Translations under genes and position numbers: made by a program
Shown: positions 57,838 to 64,000 of the stretch, one piece after another
Position numbering within the stretch: position 1 is the first letter of the stretch
Layout: each line of letters starts with the position of its first letter
From: Acidobacteriota bacterium
GTDB taxonomy: Bacteria > Acidobacteriota > UBA6911 > RPQK01 > JAJDTT01
Direction: 5' to 3'
DNA: 64,000 bases
Assembly (NCBI GenBank): GCA_965263035.1
Contig: OZ253580.1
Coordinates: 4,974,168-5,038,167, forward strand
The notes under the pieces: generated by a model
The model's input: the letters and a program-made list of their open reading frames with translations, nothing else
What the model was told of the DNA's origin: nothing
Databases searched by the model: none

Positions 57838-58114
57838 GTTCGTCGTGCTCGTTCCGTGAGAGGAGAAGCGTCCTTCTCAGGGCGCACCATCATATTGGAT
57901 CGTGGTCCGCTTCGCGAGCACCGCCAGGAGACCCCGGCCCTTCCGGGTTCCCTCCACCGCGCATGTTGACCGGGCTCCGGAGGTTGGATATGTTTCGCTG
58001 CAAGGATCGGTTGAAGTTCTGCCTCGAGGGTTCGGAAAAGATTCAGGTAATTCAGGAGATAATAAGTTGCAAATAACGAATAATAAAGAGAATAAAAGAA
58101 TATTGGGTCAGAAG

Positions 58115-59428
58115 ATGTACGACCGGGCCCGGGAGCTCATCCCCGGTGCGACGCAGCTTTACGGAAAGCGCCAGGAAATGACCGCTCCGGGGCAGTGGCC
58201 GGCATACTTCGCCCAGGCCCAGGGCTGCGAGACCGTGGACGTGGATGGAAACCACTACCTCGACATGTCCATGGCCGGCATTGGCGCCACTCTCCTGGGA
58301 TATGCTGATCCCGACGTGACCGAGGCGGTCATCCGGCGGGTGCGCAACGGTTGCATGTCTTCCTTGAATCCCCCCGATGAGGTGGAGTTGGCCGAACTGA
58401 TGCTGGAACTCCACCCTTGGGCTCAGATGGTGCGGTTCGGGCGGCTTGGCGGAGAGAGCATGACCATCGCGGTGCGGATCGCCCGGGCCTATACCGGGCG
58501 GGACGCGGTGGCCTTCTGCGGCTACCACGGATGGCACGACTGGTACCTGGCCGCCAATCTTCCCGTCGACCGTAGCGAGGAGACGGTGGACCGGTTGGGC
58601 GGGGGTCACCTGATGCCGGGGCTGGAGCCGGCAGGCGTGCCCAGCGGACTGGCCGGCACGGCCATGCCGTTCACCTACAACAAGATCGAGGAGCTCCGAG
58701 CCATCGTGGACCGGCACGGCCCGAGACTGGCCGCCATCGTGATGGAGCCGACGCGCAACTACGACCCCGATCCCGGCTTTCTGGAGGAGATCCGGGAACT
58801 CGCCACCCGTTGCGGCGCCTGCCTGATCATGGATGAGATCACCATCGGCTGGAGGCTCTGGCTGGGAGGCGCCCACCTCAAGTACGGGTTGGAGCCGGAC
58901 CTGGCCGTGTTCGCCAAGACCACCGGGAACGGGCATCCCATCTCCGCGGTGGTGGGCCGGCGCGAGATCATGCAGGCGGCCCAGAACAGCTTCATCTCCA
59001 GCGCGCTCTGGACGGAGGCGGTGGGCCCCACGGCCGCCCTGGCCACCATCCGCAAGTTTCAGAGGGAGGACGTTCGCTCACACGTGGCTCGGATCGGGGA
59101 AGCGGCCAGACAGGGCCTGAAGGAGTTGGGAGACCGGTGCGGTGTTCCCTTCGGCGCCACCGGTCATCCGGCCCTCACCTTTTATCACTTCGACCACCCC
59201 CAAGCGGCGGCTCTCCAGACTCTTTGGACCGTGCGCATGCTGGACCGGGGATTCCTCGTGGCCGGCGGCTTCTATCCCACTTTTGCCCACCAGGAGACGC
59301 ACGTGGAGCAGTTCCTGGAGGCCTGCGAGCCGGTGTTCCAAGAATTGGCTGAGGCAATTCAGAAGGGAGATATCGAGCCGCGAATCGGCGGCCCGGTGAA
59401 ACACACCGGGTTCCGCCGGCTGGTGTAA
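58115..59428 (+). CDS. class III (GSA-aminomutase-like) PLP-dependent aminotransferase
   Basis: ARELIPGATQLYGKR...FCGYHGWHDWYLA...LIMDEITIGWR...FAKTTGNGHP. The start is ATG 58115. Confidence 0.85.
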   Translation: MYDRARELIPGATQLYGKRQEMTAPGQWPAYFAQAQGCETVDVDGNHYLDMSMAGIGATLLGYADPDVTEAVIRRVRNGCMSSLNPPDEVELAELMLELHPWAQMVRFGRLGGESMTIAVRIARAYTGRDAVAFCGYHGWHDWYLAANLPVDRSEETVDRLGGGHLMPGLEPAGVPSGLAGTAMPFTYNKIEELRAIVDRHGPRLAAIVMEPTRNYDPDPGFLEEIRELATRCGACLIMDEITIGWRLWLGGAHLKYGLEPDLAVFAKTTGNGHPISAVVGRREIMQAAQNSFISSALWTEAVGPTAALATIRKFQREDVRSHVARIGEAARQGLKELGDRCGVPFGATGHPALTFYHFDHPQAAALQTLWTVRMLDRGFLVAGGFYPTFAHQETHVEQFLEACEPVFQELAEAIQKGDIEPRIGGPVKHTGFRRLV

Positions 59429-59449
59429 ACTCCTTGGAATAATGTAGAA

Positions 59450-59484
59450 AGAGGGCGCCCCTTGTGGGCACCCTCTTTCGTCTT
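59450..59484 (+). terminator. intrinsic terminator of the aminotransferase gene
   Basis: agagggcgccc-cttgt-gggcaccctct forms a stem with 10 of 11 positions paired, followed by a T-rich tail. Confidence 0.6.
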
Positions 59485-59487
59485 ATC

Positions 59488-59516
59488 AGGAGGGGCGACT
59501 TCCAGTCGCCCCTCCT
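59488..59516. terminator. perfect 12-bp hairpin between convergent genes
   Basis: aggaggggcgac-ttcca-gtcgcccctcct. Confidence 0.5.
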
Positions 59517-59524
59517 TGCTCCGG

Positions 59525-59555
59525 CCGGAGTTCGGCGGTTGGAAACCGCCGCTCC
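59525..59555 (-). repeat. conserved hairpin (family 3), second copy
   Basis: Same core sequence as 41496-41525. It lies 17 nt after the stop of the 59573..60892 gene. Confidence 0.6.
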
Positions 59556-59572
59556 CGCGTGTCGCTTGGCGC

Positions 59573-60892
59573 TCAGCCCGCCTGGATGGTCCGCTTCGCC
59601 GGATCGAAGGTCATGCGACGTCCGTTCCAGTAGGCGTCGTTGGACATGATGCAGGCGATGGAATGGGCGTAGCCAGCGTCGACCGTGCAGTAGAGACTCT
59701 TGGGATCCTGCCGCCGGACCGCATCGAGCCAGTTGGCCATGTGGCTGACTTCGCCCGGGGCATCGGGCACCCCGACCATATCGGCCACCTTCCCCTCGGC
59801 CTTGACGCCCTTGCCCGAGAATTGCCAACCGTGGGAAGGATCGGCGTTGGGCTCCTCCTTGCCCTGTTTCCAATCCATCCCGCCGCCGGGAGAGAAGCTG
59901 CCCAGGGTGCCGTGGACCTGCGTCGCCTTGCCGTAGCCGTTGATGAGATTGGTGGAGTAGACGGCCATGAGTTTATTGCCGTCCTTCTCGTACTCGAGAG
60001 CGACTTCCAAGGTGTCCGGATTCTCTCTCCAGTCCTTATACTTGTAGATGCCGCCGTGGGCCACGGCGCTCAACGGAGTCGTCACGCCGGCCAACATGTG
60101 GGCCAGGTCGATTCCGTGAGTCATCCACTGGTCGATGATGCCGCTGGAGAAGTCCTTCCAGAGGCGGAAGCAGCGGAAGATCCTGGGATCGAAGGGGCGG
60201 TGGGGTTTCCCCATGAGCCAGCTGTTCCAATCCACGTCGCTCTCTTTGACCATGGAGCGCTGGTCGGCTCGCCCGGCCCAACGGTAGGGACTGTAGGCGT
60301 TCCATAGGATATCCACCTTGACCACGTCGCCGATGATTCCGTCGGCGATCATCTTGGCGGCCTGCCGGTACTTGGGCCAGGAGCGCCTCTGGGTCCCGAT
60401 CTGAACGATGGTTCCGGCCTTCCTCACCGCGTCCAGGGCGTCGTTGGCCTCCTCCAGGACGTTGGACATGGGCTTCTCGCAGTAGGCGTCCTTGCCGGCT
60501 TCGGCGGCCGCCTTCAGGATCTGGGCGTGGGCGTGGTCGGGAGTCGCGATGATGACGGCATCCAGATCGGCGTCGGCCAGGATCTCTTCGTGGTGACGGT
60601 ACACCTTGGGAGCCTGCCCCTGCTTTTCCGTGACGAACTTGGAGGATTCTTCACGCCGGTAGCTCCAGAGATCGGCGACCGCCGTCAGGTGAGCGTTGAA
60701 GCGATGGTTCTGGGCGAAGAAGTTCTTGAGAAGGGACGTGCCGCGGCCGCCCGGACCTATGATTCCCACGTTGATCCGATTGTTCACGTTGCGGGCGCTG
60801 GCGATTCCGGGGAACCCGGCGACGGCCAATCCTGCCCCCACTCCAGTGGAGCGAGACAGAAATCGACGGCGGCTGATGGATGACTTGCTCAT
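59573..60892 (-). CDS. Gfo/Idh/MocA-family oxidoreductase with Tat signal
   Basis: MSKSSISRRRFLSRSTGVGAGLAVAG..., then INVGIIGPGGRG. I place the start at M9 of the track ORF. Confidence 0.85.
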   Translation of the reverse strand: MSKSSISRRRFLSRSTGVGAGLAVAGFPGIASARNVNNRINVGIIGPGGRGTSLLKNFFAQNHRFNAHLTAVADLWSYRREESSKFVTEKQGQAPKVYRHHEEILADADLDAVIIATPDHAHAQILKAAAEAGKDAYCEKPMSNVLEEANDALDAVRKAGTIVQIGTQRRSWPKYRQAAKMIADGIIGDVVKVDILWNAYSPYRWAGRADQRSMVKESDVDWNSWLMGKPHRPFDPRIFRCFRLWKDFSSGIIDQWMTHGIDLAHMLAGVTTPLSAVAHGGIYKYKDWRENPDTLEVALEYEKDGNKLMAVYSTNLINGYGKATQVHGTLGSFSPGGGMDWKQGKEEPNADPSHGWQFSGKGVKAEGKVADMVGVPDAPGEVSHMANWLDAVRRQDPKSLYCTVDAGYAHSIACIMSNDAYWNGRRMTFDPAKRTIQAG

Positions 60893-61017
60893 GACGACTC
60901 CTTTTTTCCGGTGCATGGCTCCCGGTCCGAGGGCGCTCGGAAACGGGAATGAGAAGATTATGGACGCCGGCCCCTGCGGTCGACTGCCGCCATATTAGCC
61001 GAATCTCCTCCGGCGGT

Positions 61018-62257
61018 TCAAGCATCCGCGGCCAGACGTGCCACCGTCGCCCACAGTCCCGAGGGGAGGTACTTGTCCCATCCCGACCAACTCTCGATGG
61101 ACGTGGACTCCCAGAGGACGACCCCCTCGGCTCCCGCCTCCCGAGCCGCCCGAACGCCCGATTCCAGCCGTGCCGAGCCCTCCTGCAGTCCCAACTGGTC
61201 CAGGTTGTAGCAGTAGATTCCGGCCAGGATGCCGCCCCCGCCATCGGCCGACTGCCTGGCCTGGCGAATCTGCCGTGTCACGGCCTGCGGGTCCAGCCGC
61301 GCCAAGTTCCATTCGGGCAGCATGATGTGGGCCTCCTGGCAGAGTCCCTTGGCGAGCCACGAGGTCCAGTCCACCAGCGCGCCCTTCAGGGCGTCGGTTC
61401 GGATCCGCCAGAGGCTCGTCTCCTCCAGGAGCCCGTCACGGACGTAGCGGGGCCAGTCGGGAAGGACCTGACTCAAGGGACTCTCCGGCGACGCCAGCAC
61501 GCTCACGGGATATTCGCCACTCTTGGTCCGCCGCTGCCGGTCCAGCTCTGCCATGAAACGGGTGACGTACGCGGCCCGGTGGCGAATCCAGGAATCGGCG
61601 TGGTTGGGTTGCTCCCTGGGATCGATCCCATGGTCCCGCCGGTAACTCTCCAGGGCCGGCGCCTCATAGCCGTAACGACAGACGCCCCACCGGTCCAGTT
61701 GCGGAGGCAGGTTCTCGTCGATCCGGGGCAGTTGGCGGACGAAGTCCAACAGGACGCCCCGGAAACCGTAGGACATGAGTTCCTCGACGACCGACAGCTT
61801 GTGGCGCCGCACTTCGGGATAGGCGAAGCTGAGCCGGGAGGACCTCCGGTGTCCGTCCCGGGCCACCGCATGGTACTGGGGATGCTCCCGGGCGAAACGG
61901 GTCAGCGAGACCTGGCCGTGGGACTCTTCGTAGAGGCTGTACCAGACCCAGGGCTCCAGGCCGGCTCCGAGAGTGCACTCCACGGCCTCCTCCAGCAGGT
62001 TCCAGGTCGAGTAGTCCGTTTCGGCCAGCGTGACCTTCCAGTATTCGGGTGCCTCGCACGCTTCTCGGTCCTCGCCCCGATAAGGTGTTCTCGAGAGGGC
62101 TGGGGTAGAAGACTCGGGAGCCGCAGTTGGCTCTCCAGTAGATCCTGCGGATACCCCCCGCGGCGCAGGCGTCCGCGATCCTGCGGACCCCCACCCTCCC
62201 CCAATTGCCCCAGGCGGCGGCCCAGTCGGGGTGCGTGACCACGGTATCGATGACCAT
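61018..62257 (-). pseudogene. TIM-barrel-like hydrolase family paralog with a frameshift at a G4 run (62102-62105)
   Basis: The N-terminal frame (ORF 61664..62257) reads MVIDTVV...IRRIYWRANCGSRVFYP. The remainder (ALSRTPYRGEDRE...VVLWESTS...) is in the frame of ORF 61018..63033. Deleting one G restores a single ORF of about 413 aa. Confidence 0.6.
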
Positions 62258-62261
62258 CGGT

Positions 62262-63323
62262 TCAAGTGAGCGCCGGGTCGGCTCCTAGGTCCCGGAAATC
62301 GTGGATCAGCGCGTCGACGTCCTCGTCCCGGGTGTCCCAGCTGCACATGAAGCGGGCGGCGCCGCCGGGCATGATTCCCACCGTCCAGCCCCGTTGCCTC
62401 AGGGCCGCTGCCAGCGCGGGCTCGAGACGGACGAATACGCCATTGGCTTCCCGCGGGTAGGGTATGGAGATGCCCTCCAACCGTCTCAAGCCCCGCTCCA
62501 ACCGGGCGGCGCAGGCATTGGCGTGCCGGGCGTTGCGGAGCCAGGCGCCGCTCTTGAGAAGGGCCGTCCAGGGCGCCGACAGGAAACGCATCTTGGAAGC
62601 GACCTGGCCCGATTGCTTCCAACGATACTCGAAGCCCGAGGCCAGCTCCCGATCGAAGAAGACGATCGCCTCCCCCTGGTGGAGTCCATTCTTGGTGCAG
62701 CCGAAGGAGAGGACGTCGACACCCGCTCTCCAGGTCGTGTCGGCCGGCTCGCAGTCCAGGTGGATCAGGGCATTTGCCAGACGGGCCCCGTCCATGTGGA
62801 CCCGGAGTCCCAATTCGCGGCTCAGGTTGGAGATCTCCCGGAGCCGCTCCAGGCTGTAGACGGTTCCCATCTCCGTGGCCTGGGTCAGACTGACGAGCCG
62901 GGGGGCGGGATATTGGAAGTCGCGGGTTCGGGTCTCGACCGCGTACCGGATGCCGGCGGCGTCCAGTTTTCCGTGCTCTCCAGGTAGGGGCAGCACCTTG
63001 GAGCCGCCGCTGAAGAACTCCGGACCGCCGCATTCCCCCAGGTCGAGATGAGCCGTCTCGTGACAGATGGCCAGCTCATAGCTCCGGCAGAGATGAGCCA
63101 CCGCCAGCGAGTTGGCAGCCGAACCGGTGAAGACGAAGTAGATTCGGCAATCGGTGGAGAAAACGTCCTGAATGGCGGCGCGCGCCTCCTGGGTATAGGA
63201 GTCGAAGCCGTAGGCGGGAGCGTGTCCCCGATTGGCACGATCCAATGCCTCCCACGCCTCGGGGCAGATGCCCGTATTCGTGTCGCTCGCGAACCCGCGA
63301 ATCCGGCTATTCCGTATAACCAT
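62262..63323 (-). CDS. low-specificity threonine aldolase (beta-eliminating lyase family, PLP)
   Basis: FASDTNTGICPEA...FVFTGSAANSLA...HMDGARLANA...SFGCTKNG. Confidence 0.8.
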   Translation of the reverse strand: MVIRNSRIRGFASDTNTGICPEAWEALDRANRGHAPAYGFDSYTQEARAAIQDVFSTDCRIYFVFTGSAANSLAVAHLCRSYELAICHETAHLDLGECGGPEFFSGGSKVLPLPGEHGKLDAAGIRYAVETRTRDFQYPAPRLVSLTQATEMGTVYSLERLREISNLSRELGLRVHMDGARLANALIHLDCEPADTTWRAGVDVLSFGCTKNGLHQGEAIVFFDRELASGFEYRWKQSGQVASKMRFLSAPWTALLKSGAWLRNARHANACAARLERGLRRLEGISIPYPREANGVFVRLEPALAAALRQRGWTVGIMPGGAARFMCSWDTRDEDVDALIHDFRDLGADPALT

Positions 63324-63474
63324 GTTTTCTCCGTGCGTTTCGTTTCAGGAGCGGTTTCAGCACGCTTCCCGAGGCTTCTTGACACTGCAAGTGGCTTGAT
63401 AGAGCATTTGCGCAATTCGCATTCCCGAGACGGACCGCGAAGACTTGGCACGCAGGCGCAGACGCCGAGGACTC

Positions 63475-64000
63475 ATGACCACAGGCATCGACTGGAATCC
63501 GAATCTGGCCCAGCTTCCGTTTTCTCCCATACGCAAGTATTTCAACACCGCCGCCGCCATGGAAGATGTGGTCCATCTCTCCATCGGCCAGCCCGATTTT
63601 CCGACTCCCTCCCATATCGTCGAGGCACACGTCCAAGCGCTTCGGGAGGGTAAGACGCGGTATGAGCTGGACGCCGGCCTGCCCCGGCTCCGGGAGGCCG
63701 TCGCCGACTGGTACAATCTCCGCTACGGCATCGATCTCGGGCCCGACAACGTCCTCATCACCACCGGATGTTGCCAAGCCATGTTCATGGCTCTCACCGC
63801 CGCTGTCAAACCGGGCATGGAGGTGATCGTGGTGGAGCCGGTCTTCATCCTGGTCCACATCATTCGCATGGCCGGAGGCATCCCTCGGCCCCTGGTCACG
63901 ACGGCCGGGGAAGGGTACCAGTTGGATCCGCAGGCGGTAATCGACGCCATCAACGAACGCACCTGCGCCATCATGATCAACTCCCCGGGGAATCCGACGG
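63475..64000 (+). CDS. class I/II PLP-dependent aminotransferase, partial (runs off the right edge)
   Basis: Not in the ORF track. My manual translation from ATG 63475 gives MTTGIDWNPNLAQLPFSPIRKYF...VHLSIGQPDFPTP...RYELDAGLPRLREAVADWY...INSPGNPT. Confidence 0.8.
   Translation, partial: MTTGIDWNPNLAQLPFSPIRKYFNTAAAMEDVVHLSIGQPDFPTPSHIVEAHVQALREGKTRYELDAGLPRLREAVADWYNLRYGIDLGPDNVLITTGCCQAMFMALTAAVKPGMEVIVVEPVFILVHIIRMAGGIPRPLVTTAGEGYQLDPQAVIDAINERTCAIMINSPGNPT

Overview
GC-rich bacterial chromosomal segment. The gene content looks like an Acidobacteria- or Planctomycetes-type organism: a carboxypeptidase-regulatory-domain TonB-dependent receptor, a PSCyt/DUF1549/DUF1553/DUF1501 operon, sulfatase, and many secreted hydrolases. 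Most of the window is ordinary metabolism and transport: an enolase-superfamily dehydratase, M16 and M20 peptidases, D-aminoacylase, pyruvate kinase, an SSF symporter, an MFS transporter, glnS, gluconolactonase, a peptide-type ABC importer, Gfo/Idh/MocA oxidoreductases, aminotransferases and threonine aldolase. I found no CRISPR array, tRNA, rRNA, recognisable defence system, secretion system or biosynthetic cluster. The unusual content is mobile or repetitive DNA and its consequences. (1) Two unrelated families of about 160-nt imperfect-palindrome MITE-like elements: family 1 has 5 copies plus 1 divergent relative, and family 2 has 3 near-identical copies. (2) A BCCT transporter cassette lies between two copies of a 117-bp stretch of the M20 peptidase gene 3' end, with one MITE of each family inside. 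(3) A roughly 6-kb, visibly AT-richer integrative islet (35314-41350) is bounded by a 19-bp direct repeat. It carries integrase and excisionase-like genes, an IS5/IS1182-type IS with a CTAG target duplication and a frameshifted transposase, a signal-less MepA (peptidase M74)-like murein endopeptidase, a signal-peptide partner and several unknown small proteins. (4) Two paralogous TIM-barrel-like genes are both interrupted, one by an in-frame TAA inside an AT-rich patch and one by a frameshift at a G4 run. The candidates for uncharacterised biology are the islet cargo, the four-gene PSCyt operon and a HAD / deoxyhypusine-synthase-like / PfkB kinase operon. All functional calls come from reading motifs in the translated ORFs. 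No database search was run and no GC percentages were computed.
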